The position numbers and the translations under genes were made by a program. Under the pieces are notes generated by a model. The model was given only the letters and a program-made list of their open reading frames with translations, made no database searches and was not told where the DNA came from. From positions 1 to 64,000 of the forward strand of contig JAYTOU010000080.1 in assembly GCA_043747615.1 (NCBI GenBank): DNA of 64,000 bases, written 5' to 3'. Source of the stretch: Myxococcales bacterium. Its GTDB lineage: Bacteria; Myxococcota_A; Polyangia; Polyangiales; Polyangiaceae. Of the stretch, positions 39,073 through 48,737 are shown piece after piece; position 1 is the stretch's first letter; every line of letters begins with the position of its first letter.

Positions 39073-40713
39073 GTGCGGCGCGGCGTAGTGCTCTTGGTGG
39101 TGATCGTTGCGGCGTGCGCAAAGGGGCCCAACGCGACGGTGGAGCTGGTCGAAGGCGCGACCCGCGGTGAGCTCGATGCGCTCGCAGACGCACCCGATGA
39201 CGCGGCGATGGCCGCTGTCGCCCGCGCGAAGAAAATCAAAGAAGCACGTGCGGCGCTCGACGCAGGCACCTGGAACGACGGAGAGCTGTATGCGACGTCC
39301 GCGCGCACGTCGGTGATGAACATGCCAGCGTGGCCGGAGGAAGCAGACGCCGGCGAGCCCTCCACGTCGGTGTATCGCCTCGGGTACCTGCGCAATGGCT
39401 CGCACGTCTCTGCGTTCCCGGAAACGATCGTCAACGATGATTGCCCCGACGGTTGGTACGAGCTTCTCGAGGGCGGCTTCGTCTGCGCAAAGCACGCGAC
39501 GCTCGACGCGAAGACGCCGAGCGTGAAGTACGCGGCGAGCCCTCCGAGCCTGAGCACCCCGATGCCGTACCGTTACGGCTACGCGACGGCGAACGACACA
39601 CCCGTGTACCGGCGCGTTCTGTCCCTCATGGATCGCCGTAAATACGAGCCTTGGCTGATCCCGCCGCCGCCGGTGACCATTCCTCCTCCGAGCCTCGTGC
39701 TCGAAGCGGTCGACACGCCCTACGAGGACACTCCGCTCGACGAGAAGCAGAAGCTCGGAACGAAGGACGCAGGCGCCAAGGATGCCGGCGTGATCAAGCT
39801 CGGCAGCCTCAAAGGTCGTGGGGTGCTCGCGCGCAAGATGATGAAGGGCTTCTACGTCGCGCTCGATCGCGAGTTTACAGCCGCCAAAGCAAAGTGGTGG
39901 CGCACCGCCGAGGGTTTCGCCATTCCCTACGAGCGCATCGCTTTGCAGGCTGGGTCACCCGATTTCCACGGGTCGTGGGTGGCGCGCCCCGCTTCTGTCG
40001 ACGCGGGCACTGTGCCCGAAGGCAACGGCAAGGCGGCCCTCGTGAGCTCTGCTATTGCGCTGCACTTCCAGAAAAACGAGAAGGGGAAAATGGTCTACAC
40101 GACGCCCCTCGCCAAGTGGACCGCGCTCGAGCTCGCCGGCGAACCGTTCGTCGTGGACGGTGTTCAGTTTCACGAGACGACCTCTGGCTTCTTCGTACGT
40201 GCGGTCGATCTCAAGCTCGCGAGCCCGGAAAAACCAGGGGATCTCGCACCCGGCGAGAAATGGATCGACGTCGACCTCGGCCGCCAGATCCTGATCGCCT
40301 TCGAAGGCGACCACCCGGTGTACGGCACCCTCGTTTCGTCAGGACGTCGCTGGGCCTGGGATCCTGAGCATGATCATCCGACCCCGACCGGGACGTTTCG
40401 CATCTACGAAAAGCACGTCACGGCGACGATGGACGGCGACGTTGCCGCCGACGGCCCCTACTCGATCGAGGACGTGCCCTGGGTCATGTTCTTTCAGGGA
40501 AGCTACGCGCTCCACGGCGCCTTCTGGCACAATCTGTTCGGCACGCCGAAGAGCCACGGCTGCGTGAACCTCTCACCGATCGACGCGCGCGAGCTCTTCT
40601 TCTGGACCGAGCCGCGCCTCCCGACGGGCTGGCACGGCGTCTTTCAAGCGCGCGAAAATCAGGGCACGCAGGTCGTCATTCATGAGCCCGACGTGAAGGC
40701 GTTGAAGAAATAA
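39073..40713 (+). CDS. L,D-transpeptidase (YkuD domain) lipoprotein
   Basis: Lipobox VAAC; WIDVDLGRQ, TPTGTF, ALHGAFWH, SHGCVNL. Confidence 0.92.
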   Translation: MRRGVVLLVVIVAACAKGPNATVELVEGATRGELDALADAPDDAAMAAVARAKKIKEARAALDAGTWNDGELYATSARTSVMNMPAWPEEADAGEPSTSVYRLGYLRNGSHVSAFPETIVNDDCPDGWYELLEGGFVCAKHATLDAKTPSVKYAASPPSLSTPMPYRYGYATANDTPVYRRVLSLMDRRKYEPWLIPPPPVTIPPPSLVLEAVDTPYEDTPLDEKQKLGTKDAGAKDAGVIKLGSLKGRGVLARKMMKGFYVALDREFTAAKAKWWRTAEGFAIPYERIALQAGSPDFHGSWVARPASVDAGTVPEGNGKAALVSSAIALHFQKNEKGKMVYTTPLAKWTALELAGEPFVVDGVQFHETTSGFFVRAVDLKLASPEKPGDLAPGEKWIDVDLGRQILIAFEGDHPVYGTLVSSGRRWAWDPEHDHPTPTGTFRIYEKHVTATMDGDVAADGPYSIEDVPWVMFFQGSYALHGAFWHNLFGTPKSHGCVNLSPIDARELFFWTEPRLPTGWHGVFQARENQGTQVVIHEPDVKALKK

Positions 40714-40714
40714 C

Positions 40715-40981
40715 TCACGCGTCCGATAGAGCGATGACGCCGGCGCCGGTGATGCGGTAGACGACGTTGCTCTCCCCCGCCTCGCGTTCGTCCTCTTCGC
40801 CGTCGGGCGCCTCTCCGTACTCCCCGTTGACCTCGACCAACCCGAGAGAACAAAGCTTCTCCATCGCCTCGTAGTCGTCGTCCGTGAGCACGTCGCCCTC
40901 GAGTCCGCCGTGATCCTCGTCGGAGGCGCGGACCTCCCGAAGAAGGGCGTGCTCGGTAGGCGTGAGGACGGGGCGACTCAT
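40715..40981 (-). CDS. Small acidic protein, possible winged-helix fold
   Basis: LTPTEHALL, LCSLGLV, YRITGAG pattern; TACAGT 7 nt upstream. Confidence 0.65.
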   Translation of the reverse strand: MSRPVLTPTEHALLREVRASDEDHGGLEGDVLTDDDYEAMEKLCSLGLVEVNGEYGEAPDGEEDEREAGESNVVYRITGAGVIALSDA

Positions 40982-41047
40982 GGAGCCCACTGTAATGCGC
41001 CGAGGGAAGGAACCGCGTCGCATCGCGTACAAACTGCCGAAATGATC

Positions 41048-41599
41048 ATGCGAACGCTCTTCGGGCTGTCTTTAGTGGCGTTTGGTCTTGGCACTGCCGC
41101 GTGTGCGGTGGGCGTCGGAAACGTCGACGAATCGCTGCTGGGCGACGACGGCGGCTTGCCGAACGACGAGGGCGGCGTCCATGACGCGGGAAGAAGAGAC
41201 TCCGGTCGCTACGACGCCGGCGTTCGCGAGGCCTCCTCAGACAGCGCGCTCGGCCCCTCGGCGGCGGTCTGCCTCGAGGGTTGGGCCGGCTACGCGGGGA
41301 CGTGTCCCGCCCCCCAGATCACTTCTTCGTACGTGGCGAGCGGCTGCGTCGGCACGACGGGCTGGTTCGTTGTCGGGTCCAACTTTCAAGTCGAGCAGCG
41401 CAACACCGGCACTGCCGACGACGGGCCGCAATCGATCGGCGCCAACGGCGATCAGAAAATGTGGAATGTGATCACCACCACGCAGCTGTGCGTGACGATC
41501 TCCGCCGCCGCGAAGGCCGCGTGGGTTGGACACACGGTCTACGTGAAAAATCCGGACGGGAAGACCTCCAACGCCGTGATCGTGACGGATCTTCTCTAG
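41048..41599 (+). CDS. Lipoprotein with IPT/TIG-like domain
   Basis: Lipobox TAAC; DAG linker; PQITS, GSNF, VKNPDGKTSN. Confidence 0.78.
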   Translation: MRTLFGLSLVAFGLGTAACAVGVGNVDESLLGDDGGLPNDEGGVHDAGRRDSGRYDAGVREASSDSALGPSAAVCLEGWAGYAGTCPAPQITSSYVASGCVGTTGWFVVGSNFQVEQRNTGTADDGPQSIGANGDQKMWNVITTTQLCVTISAAAKAAWVGHTVYVKNPDGKTSNAVIVTDLL

Positions 41600-41673
41600 C
41601 TCGCCACGCAGCTCTCGCGGGTAGCGCGGCTCGCGCGTTGTCCTTTTCGCGACTTGGTGAGAGGGTACCTCTC

Positions 41674-42855
41674 ATGGAGCCGTTCGCCCCGTGTCCGCAC
41701 TGCCACCAGCGGCACAGACCGATGCGCACGCTGTGCCCGACGACCGGAGCGTCGTTCGGAAGTGCTGCCGGTAACGACCCGCCCGCTCCCAGAGCCGAAG
41801 CGCCCAGAGTCGAGGCGGAGCCCTTGCCGACAGCAGTCAAGTCGGTGCACGCGGTCGCCTCGAAAACTGGGGCGAAGCGGGCTCCGCTGAAGCGCCGTTC
41901 TTCCGTCCGAGAAAAGGAGCTGGTCGGGCGCACCCTCGACGGCAAGTACCTCGTGCGAAGCGCGATTGGCGAGGGCGCCGTCGGTACGATGTTCGATGCC
42001 CAGCACCTGGGTCTCAAGCGCGAAGTGGCGTTGAAGGTGCTCGATCCGAGCGAGGCCGAGACGAAGGCGAGCGTGGATCGCTTCCATCGCGAGGCGCGCG
42101 CCGCGGGGGCGATCGGGCATCCGAACATTTGCAGGGTCTACGATTTCGGCGCCCTCGACGACGGCAGCCCGTACATGGTCCTCGAAAAGCTCAGCGGCGA
42201 GACGCTCGGGCACCAACTCACGAAGCAGGGCCGGCTGTCGATCGGCTACGCGATCGACATCTTCGTGCAAATCTTGGCCGGCCTATCGGCGGCGCACGAG
42301 CAGGGGATCGTCCACCGCGACATCAACCCTTCGAACATATTCCTGACGACGGACGCGGGGCCGACGCCGCTCGTGAAGATCCTGGACTTCGGTCGCTCCA
42401 AGCTGGCGGCAACGCTCCTCGAGGGCGATGAGTCGCTCACGGTGACCGGCGTAATCATCGGGACGCCTGGCTACATGGCTCCCGAGCAAGCGCGGGGCGA
42501 TCGCGACGTCGACGGACGCGCCGATCTTTACTCCTGCGGCGTCATGCTCTTCGAGGCGCTGATCGGAAAGCATCCGCCGGTCGCGCCGAAGCGGGTATCG
42601 ACCATCCGACCGTCGCTCCCCAAGGCGCTCGATGGAATCGTCGACAGAGCGTTGGCCCCCGCCCGCGAGAACCGCTACCGCGATGCTCTGGAATTTCAGC
42701 GCGATTTGCACGCGGTGCGCGTCGCTGCTCCGCCGCCTCCGCCTCCGCCGCGCAAGCGGAGTCCTTCGGAAGTGACGGCGACGGACGTCGACCTCATCAA
42801 CGTCGACGATGACGTGAAGACCACGATCATGCCGGCGTCGAAGCGTCGGCGCTGA
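41674..42855 (+). CDS. Soluble Ser/Thr kinase with N-terminal Cys/His ribbon
   Basis: CPHCHQRH..CPTTG; GEGAVG, VALK, HRDINPSN, DFG, GTPGYMAPEQ. Confidence 0.9.
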   Translation: MEPFAPCPHCHQRHRPMRTLCPTTGASFGSAAGNDPPAPRAEAPRVEAEPLPTAVKSVHAVASKTGAKRAPLKRRSSVREKELVGRTLDGKYLVRSAIGEGAVGTMFDAQHLGLKREVALKVLDPSEAETKASVDRFHREARAAGAIGHPNICRVYDFGALDDGSPYMVLEKLSGETLGHQLTKQGRLSIGYAIDIFVQILAGLSAAHEQGIVHRDINPSNIFLTTDAGPTPLVKILDFGRSKLAATLLEGDESLTVTGVIIGTPGYMAPEQARGDRDVDGRADLYSCGVMLFEALIGKHPPVAPKRVSTIRPSLPKALDGIVDRALAPARENRYRDALEFQRDLHAVRVAAPPPPPPPRKRSPSEVTATDVDLINVDDDVKTTIMPASKRRR

Positions 42856-42896
42856 CAGCTTGCGAGCGGCGTCGCGCCTCTGATACGCCCCAAGAG

Positions 42897-43502
42897 ATGA
42901 AGCTCTATCACAGCCAATATACCCGCTCCGCACGTGCCCGCTGGATGCTCGAAGAGACAGGCTCCCCTTAGGATCTCGAGCAAATCGTCCTCTCCAAGGG
43001 CCAGCACAAGACGCCCGAATACCTCGCTGTCCATCCGCACGGCGTGGTCCCCGCATTCGTCGACGGCGACCTCAAGATGATGGAATCGTCGGCCATCGTC
43101 ATGCATCTCGCCGACAAGTTTCCGGAGAAAAGGCTCGCGCCGGCCCTTGGGTCGAACGAGCGCGCCACGTACTACAGCTGGATGGTCTACGTGCCCGCCA
43201 CGATGGATCCGGTGCTCGAGACGCTCACCTTGCACACCAAGCTGCTCCCCGAAGAAAAGCGCAGTCCGGCCGTCGTCGAAGCACAGAAGAAGCGGCTGCA
43301 CGCGATCGCCAAGGTGGTCGAGGAGGCCATTGGCGGCCGAGAGTTCATCGTGGGAAAAAGCTTCACGGCCGCCGACCTGGTGATGACCAGCGCTATCGGT
43401 TGGATGGGGTTCATCGGGGTGCTCGCGGATCACCCGAAGCTCATCGCCTATAGCGCCGTGCACTGCGCTCGGCCGGCGTACGTGCGCGCCCACGCCGACT
43501 GA
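42897..43502 (+). pseudogene. Glutathione S-transferase interrupted by one in-frame TAG
   Basis: MKLYHSQYTRSARARWMLEETGSP*DLEQI..PEYLAVHPHGVVP..ESSAI..FTAADL; TAG at 42969-42971 (codon 25). Confidence 0.88.
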
Positions 43503-43525
43503 GGCGAGACGCGCGAAGGTGCGCG

Positions 43526-43978
43526 TTACTTGTCGTCGCCCGAGTTGGTGATCTCCATCGGCTCCACGGTGATGGGCTGCTCGTTCTTTCCGAAGATCCC
43601 TTTCGAGAAGTCGACGGACACCTTGGGGACGCTATGCCAGTGGAAGTCGACCTCTTCGAACTCGACGAACACGGCGCGCGAGCCGCCCGGCGGAATGAAG
43701 TACGCGGTGTGAGAAGTGGACGACCCGCTTGCCCGAGCGACTTTGTGTCCGTCGGGCAGCGTAACGCTCACGCCGTCGCGCACCACGCGGATCGGGTCCG
43801 ACGTGCCGTTGACGACCGTCACCCGCACCCAGAGCTTGTGGCCACCCACCCAGGCCTGCTGGGGCTGAATCTGAACGCCGCCGCCCTTTGCGGAGCGAGC
43901 CGACCAGTACTGCTTCGAACCGCACCCCATGACGAGGAACGGCAGCGTGAACGTGAGCAGGATGATGAAGCGTCGCAT
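43526..43978 (-). CDS. Hypothetical lipoprotein
   Basis: MRRFIILLTFTLPFLVMGC lipobox; beta-rich body. Confidence 0.75.
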   Translation of the reverse strand: MRRFIILLTFTLPFLVMGCGSKQYWSARSAKGGGVQIQPQQAWVGGHKLWVRVTVVNGTSDPIRVVRDGVSVTLPDGHKVARASGSSTSHTAYFIPPGGSRAVFVEFEEVDFHWHSVPKVSVDFSKGIFGKNEQPITVEPMEITNSGDDK

Positions 43979-44038
43979 GCCGCATCTAACGAAAGGAGCG
44001 CGCCAAAGACAAGGCGCGAATGCTATGGCCAAGATCCA

Positions 44039-44443
44039 ATGACTGTCGTCGACTGCGAAACCGAACAACCGAACGCCTTTCCCGTGGTGCTCCACGTGGG
44101 CAAGCACACCTTCCGCGCCGACGTTGGCCCGAGCAGTGGCAGCACGGACTCGGCGCCCGGGCCACACGACTACTTCGACGCGGCTCTCGCGAGCTGCAAG
44201 GCCCTGACGGCCACATGGTATGCGCGCAAGAACGCGATTCCTCTCGAGCGGGTGGAGGCGCACGTCGAGCGCGACGACGGGGGCGAGAGGCAAGGAACGT
44301 ACGTGCTCAAGGTACGCATGGCACTTCACGGTCCGATGAGCGACGAGCAGCGCGCTCGGGTCCACGCCGCCGTGGAGCGCTGCCCGATCCACAAGCTGAT
44401 GACGACCGCAGACGTGGTGATCCAGACGGAGCCGGTCGCCTAG
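44039..44443 (+). CDS. OsmC-family protein
   Basis: APGPHD..AALASC..T, and CPIHK. Confidence 0.92.
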   Translation: MTVVDCETEQPNAFPVVLHVGKHTFRADVGPSSGSTDSAPGPHDYFDAALASCKALTATWYARKNAIPLERVEAHVERDDGGERQGTYVLKVRMALHGPMSDEQRARVHAAVERCPIHKLMTTADVVIQTEPVA

Positions 44444-44459
44444 CCAACCTTCGACCGGA

Positions 44460-45359
44460 CTAGCTGAGAGGGCGCGCCTTCAGCGAATCGAGGACGAAAT
44501 CGCGGAAGGCAATGACCTTGCGCGGCAGGTGCTGCGCCCCGTGGTACACGACCCAGAGCTGCCCGGTCGGCACGTTCCAGCGCGGTAGAACGCGGACCAA
44601 GTGCCCAGCCGAGACGTCGTCGGTGGCGAGAAATGACGGGAGCACGCCGATGCCCGCGCCGTGGCGAATGACCTCGCGGACGAAGAACATGTCGTCGCAG
44701 TGGATCCGTCCCTCGGGCGTAACGATGATCGGTTTGCCAGGCCCGGCGAGGCGAAGCGTCCGCGTCGTGGGAAAGAGGACCCAGGTGTGAAGGCCGAGAT
44801 CGCGCGGTCTGCGCGGTGTTCCGCGAAGAGCGAGGTAGCTCGGAGATGCATAGAGCTGCATCGTCACCACCCCCGCATTTCGCGCGAGCAGCGAGGAGCT
44901 TTTCATCTGCCGCGTCGCGATTCGTAGGGCCATGTCCAAGCCCTCCGCAACGAGATCGACTTGAGCGTTCGTGAGGCGGAGCTCTACGTGCACGCGCGGG
45001 TAGAGCGCCACGAACCGGGCGACGATCTCCGCGAGAACGGTGGAGCCGAAGTCGACCGCCGCCGTCACTCGCAACCGTCCGGACGGTTCTGCGTCGAGGT
45101 CGGGGAGATCGCCCACCGATTGCTGGAGCGTCGCCAGCGGCGATGAGATCCGATCGAGGAACGCAGCCCCCGCGGTGCTCAGCGAGACGCGCCGCGTCGT
45201 TCGATGAAAGAGCCGCACTCCCAGTTCGCCTTCTAACCCAGCGATGCCCCGGCTCACGGACGACTTGGGAAGGCCGAGCTTCTCGGCGGCGGCGGAGAAG
45301 CTGGAGCTCTCGGCAACCGCCGTGAACAGGGGAAGGAGGTTCAGATCGATTGTTCCCAT
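44460..45359 (-). CDS. LysR-family transcriptional regulator
   Basis: SFSAAA..SSVSR..LE..LGVRLFHRTTR HTH; VDLVAEGLDMALR. Confidence 0.95.
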   Translation of the reverse strand: MGTIDLNLLPLFTAVAESSSFSAAAEKLGLPKSSVSRGIAGLEGELGVRLFHRTTRRVSLSTAGAAFLDRISSPLATLQQSVGDLPDLDAEPSGRLRVTAAVDFGSTVLAEIVARFVALYPRVHVELRLTNAQVDLVAEGLDMALRIATRQMKSSSLLARNAGVVTMQLYASPSYLALRGTPRRPRDLGLHTWVLFPTTRTLRLAGPGKPIIVTPEGRIHCDDMFFVREVIRHGAGIGVLPSFLATDDVSAGHLVRVLPRWNVPTGQLWVVYHGAQHLPRKVIAFRDFVLDSLKARPLS

Positions 45360-45415
45360 TTCGGAACAGTGTAAGCCAATTGCATCATCTTGTGCACTAG
45401 CGTCCATGGTGCACA
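45351..45415. promoter_or_regulatory. Two inverted repeats in the LysR / dioxygenase divergent region
   Basis: TGTTCC-N6-GGAACA (45351-45368) spans the LysR start codon; TGTGCAC-N11-GTGCACA (45391-45415). Confidence 0.5.
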
Positions 45416-45424
45416 TTGTCGGGC

Positions 45425-46207
45425 ATGGAAGCGACCAAGCGGATGCCGGTCATCTTCGCCGCGCACGGAGCGCCGATGATCCTCGACGATGCGGCGTGGA
45501 TGGCGGAGCTCGCTGCGTGGGCTGGCGCGATGCCGAAGCCCAAGAGCATCGTCATGGTCTCGGCGCACTGGGACGCGAGGCCCGTCACCTTCGGCGCCAC
45601 GGAGGCGGTGCCGCTGGTCTACGACTTCTACGGCTTTCCGGACCGCTACTACCAGACGAAATACCCTGCGCCGGGCGCGCCGCTCCTTGCATCGCGCGTG
45701 GGCGAGCTCTTGCGCGAAAGTGGGATCGCCTTCGCGCAGGATGCCAAGCGCGGGTTAGACCATGGCGCGTACCTTCCTCTCGTGGCGATGTACCCTGCGG
45801 CGGATGTCCCGGTGCTTCAGGTGTCGCTTCCCGGCCTCGATCCAGCGAAGCTCCTTGCGCTCGGAGAAGCGCTCGCCCCGCTCCGCGACGAAGGCGTGCT
45901 CATTTTTGGCAGCGGGTTTCTCACCCACAACATGCACTATGCATTCAAAAAAGGTACGCCCGCGTGGGCGCGGGAGTTCGATGCCTGGGCCGCAGAGTCT
46001 CTCGCTCGGCACGACGTCGACGCGTTGATGCACTTTGCTACCCGGGCGCCCGCCGCGGAGCTTGCCCTACCGACGTGGGAGCACTTTGCGCCGGTCATCG
46101 TGGCGGCTGCGGCAGCCCATGCCAGTCAAGGTTCGGTTGCGTTTCCCATCACGGGCTATTGGATGGACGGCGCGTTCACCAAGCGCTCGGTACAATTCGA
46201 TCAATGA
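45425..46207 (+). CDS. Class III extradiol dioxygenase (LigB / DODA-like)
   Basis: HGAP, SAHW, YDFYGFP, GLDHG, GSGFLTHN, PTWEHF. Confidence 0.93.
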   Translation: MEATKRMPVIFAAHGAPMILDDAAWMAELAAWAGAMPKPKSIVMVSAHWDARPVTFGATEAVPLVYDFYGFPDRYYQTKYPAPGAPLLASRVGELLRESGIAFAQDAKRGLDHGAYLPLVAMYPAADVPVLQVSLPGLDPAKLLALGEALAPLRDEGVLIFGSGFLTHNMHYAFKKGTPAWAREFDAWAAESLARHDVDALMHFATRAPAAELALPTWEHFAPVIVAAAAAHASQGSVAFPITGYWMDGAFTKRSVQFDQ

Positions 46208-46226
46208 AGAACGGAAGGATGAACTC

Positions 46227-46877
46227 ATGGTTTCGATGAACGTTGTCTCTCGCTTCGCCTCTTGTGCATCACTGATGCTCGCCGCCGCCGCCCTCTCGGG
46301 ATGCGACAACAATCCCACCAAGGACAAGGCCCAGGCCACGGTGGCCGAGCCGGTGGCGGTCGCTGCGCCGGCCGCGGGCACGAAATACGTATTTTCCGGC
46401 GCGGATTCGAAGATTTCATGGGTCGGGGCGAAGGTCACGCGCAAGCACGACGGATCCTTCGGCACATTCAACGGCGCGATCGATCTCGTCGACGGCAAGC
46501 CCGAGAAGAGCTCGGTGACCGTCGACGTCGACATCGCGTCACTCACTACGGACGAGCCCAAGCTGATCGTTCACCTCAAGACTGCCGACCTCCTCGACCT
46601 CGCCAAGTTCCCGCAGGCGCACTTTGCCTCCACGTCGATCAAGCCCGGCGGCGACAAAGGGGCAACCCACACCGTGACCGGAAACTTCACGCTTCACGGA
46701 GTGACGAAATCAATTTCTTTCCCGGCGACCATCAAAGTGAATGGCGACACGGCGGACGTGAACGCAGATTTCGGCATCAACCGAAAAGACTTTGGCATCG
46801 TCTACCCGGGAATGCCGGACGACCTAATCAAGGACGACATTCTGATCAAGCTGGCGATCCACGGAAAGAAGGCCTAG
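46227..46877 (+). CDS. YceI-family lipoprotein
   Basis: Lipobox LSGC; HDGSF, HLKTAD, GNFTLHGVTK, INRKDFGI. Confidence 0.9.
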   Translation: MVSMNVVSRFASCASLMLAAAALSGCDNNPTKDKAQATVAEPVAVAAPAAGTKYVFSGADSKISWVGAKVTRKHDGSFGTFNGAIDLVDGKPEKSSVTVDVDIASLTTDEPKLIVHLKTADLLDLAKFPQAHFASTSIKPGGDKGATHTVTGNFTLHGVTKSISFPATIKVNGDTADVNADFGINRKDFGIVYPGMPDDLIKDDILIKLAIHGKKA

Positions 46878-46929
46878 GCGACCATCGCGAGCCTGTGCCG
46901 CGTGATACCCATCATGCGGCCTAGGCGAC
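46871..46929. repeat. 12-bp direct repeat containing the palindrome GCCTAGGC
   Basis: GGCCTAGGCGAC at 46871-46882 and 46918-46929. Confidence 0.75.
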
Positions 46930-46955
46930 GCGCGTGATCAGGCTACCCTTGCTAC

Positions 46956-47198
46956 ATGGGCAAGCTGGACGACATACGGAAGCAGCGTGAGGCGCAATTC
47001 GCACAGCAAGAGAGTGAGGCAGGCTCACCCGCACGACGCGCGGTGGCCAAGAGCGCGCCGGCCAAGCCGACGAGCGAGGTCCTCGAGGGAAAATGCGCGG
47101 AGTGCGGCAAGCTGAAAGCAGTCCAGAGCGGTCTCGTCGTCAGCCACCAAAAAGGGCTCGGAAAAATGTGCCCCGGCTCGCGAAAAGCGCCTGACTGA
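46956..47198 (+). CDS. Small putative zinc-finger protein
   Basis: CAECGK..SH..CPGS; TACCCT 6 nt upstream. Confidence 0.75.
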   Translation: MGKLDDIRKQREAQFAQQESEAGSPARRAVAKSAPAKPTSEVLEGKCAECGKLKAVQSGLVVSHQKGLGKMCPGSRKAPD

Positions 47199-47214
47199 GC
47201 TAGATCGCCCACGC

Positions 47215-48024
47215 ATGCGATTCATCCCTGGAGTGGTCCCCCCCGCCGAAGTGACGAAGCGCGCGTGGTTTCTCGTGCATCCGAAGGGGCTTGTCCTTCG
47301 CGGCGACGACACGCTCCCCGATGACGCCGATGCATCGGCCCTCATGATCGGCGTAGGCGACGCGCACTACCTTGGTCAGCTCGACGATGCGGCGGCCTTC
47401 GCAGCACCCGTGGAAGCCGTCGAGCGCGTTCCCGCCCCCTTCATCGTCGCCGGCGCGCGAACGCTCCACGGCAAGCTCGACGAAGCGAACCTCGGTGTCG
47501 CGGGTCGTGCGATCCAGGTCATCGATTGGGCAACGAGCCATCGCTTCTGCGGTCGTTGCGCGACCCCCACACTGCGCCTTCGCACCGAGCGCTGCCTGCG
47601 CTGCCCCGTGTGCAAGCTCGCCGCGTATCCGCGAATCACGCCGGCGATGATCGTCCTCGTCAGGCGCGGCGACGAAGCGCTCCTCGCGAGCAACGCCAAG
47701 TTTCCCGTCGGCTTTTACAGCACCCTGGCCGGCTTCGTTGAGGTCGGCGAGTCCCTCGAGGAGACGGTCGCGCGCGAAGTTCGTGAGGAGGTCGGCGTCG
47801 AGGTGAAAGACATCCGCTACTTCGGAAGTCAGCCTTGGCCGTTCCCGCACTCCCTCATGGTGGGCTTCGTCGCGGAGTGGGCAGCGGGCGAAATCGTGGC
47901 CGACCCCAGCGAGATCTCCGACGCGCAGTGGTTCAAGGCGAGCGCGCTCCCGATGCTCCCTCCGCCGTTCAGCATTGCCCGCCGCATGATCGACGCCTGG
48001 CTCGCGGAAGTCGCGCGCGGTTAG
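47215..48024 (+). CDS. nudC: NAD(H) diphosphatase NudC
   Basis: FCGRC and CPVC zinc site, YPRI, Nudix box AGFVEVGESLEETVAREVREEVG, SQPWPFPHSLM. Confidence 0.95.
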   Translation: MRFIPGVVPPAEVTKRAWFLVHPKGLVLRGDDTLPDDADASALMIGVGDAHYLGQLDDAAAFAAPVEAVERVPAPFIVAGARTLHGKLDEANLGVAGRAIQVIDWATSHRFCGRCATPTLRLRTERCLRCPVCKLAAYPRITPAMIVLVRRGDEALLASNAKFPVGFYSTLAGFVEVGESLEETVAREVREEVGVEVKDIRYFGSQPWPFPHSLMVGFVAEWAAGEIVADPSEISDAQWFKASALPMLPPPFSIARRMIDAWLAEVARG

Positions 48025-48042
48025 AGTCGGCCCGGAGGATGG

Positions 48043-48714
48043 CTAAGCAAAAGAGTACGGGCCGCCACGCTCGAGCGCCCGCCGGAATGCAGGACGAGAG
48101 TGGATGCGTTCGAGGAACGCGAAGAGCTTTGGCCGACTTGCAGCGGTAAGCCCTGCGCGCGAGGCAGCCGCCTCGAGTGGGAAACTCATTTGGATATCGG
48201 CGCCCGTCAGCTCTTCCCCGGCGAACCACGTGCTCTTGCCGAGCTCGCTCTCCTGATACGCGAGGTGCGTTTCGAGCTGAGGCCCGATGAAGGAGCTCTT
48301 CACTTTGCCTGCGATGGCGCGCAGGATCGGTCGCACGAAGAAGGGCGTGGGCGCGGTCTCGATGCGATCGAAGACCAACTTGAGGAGGAGCGGCGGCATG
48401 GCCGAGCCCTCCGCATAGTGCAGCCAGTACGTGTAGCGCAGGCGCTCCGGGGTGCCCGCCGCGGGAATGAGCCTCCCGTTGCCGTAGCGGTCGATGAGGT
48501 CTTCGACGATGGCGCCCGACTCGGCGAGGGTGCGGTCGCCGTCGGTGACTACGGGTGATTTACCGAGCGGATGCACCGCTCGAAGGGACGCCGGTGCAAG
48601 CATCGTCTTCGGGTCGCGCTCGTAGCGTTTGACCTCGTACTCCACACCAAGCTCTTCGAGCAGCCAGAGGACGCGCTGCGAACGGGAGTTGTTCAGATGA
48701 TGGACGGTGAGCAT
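48043..48714 (-). CDS. Glutathione S-transferase
   Basis: SRSQRVLWLLEEL, HPLGKSPV, ESGAI, ADIQMSF. Confidence 0.95.
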   Translation of the reverse strand: MLTVHHLNNSRSQRVLWLLEELGVEYEVKRYERDPKTMLAPASLRAVHPLGKSPVVTDGDRTLAESGAIVEDLIDRYGNGRLIPAAGTPERLRYTYWLHYAEGSAMPPLLLKLVFDRIETAPTPFFVRPILRAIAGKVKSSFIGPQLETHLAYQESELGKSTWFAGEELTGADIQMSFPLEAAASRAGLTAASRPKLFAFLERIHSRPAFRRALERGGPYSFA

Positions 48715-48737
48715 GTGAGCCTACAATTCAGAAATTT

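Noticed and set aside
1821..42971. Stop-codon reassignment (TGA as Trp, TAG as Pyl/Tyr/Gln) to explain in-frame stops
   Set aside because: TGA and TAG both end many intact genes at natural family ends (ppk2 TGA; nudC, pirin and P450 TAG), Trp is otherwise TGG, no pyl or sel genes are in the window, and frameshifts co-occur.
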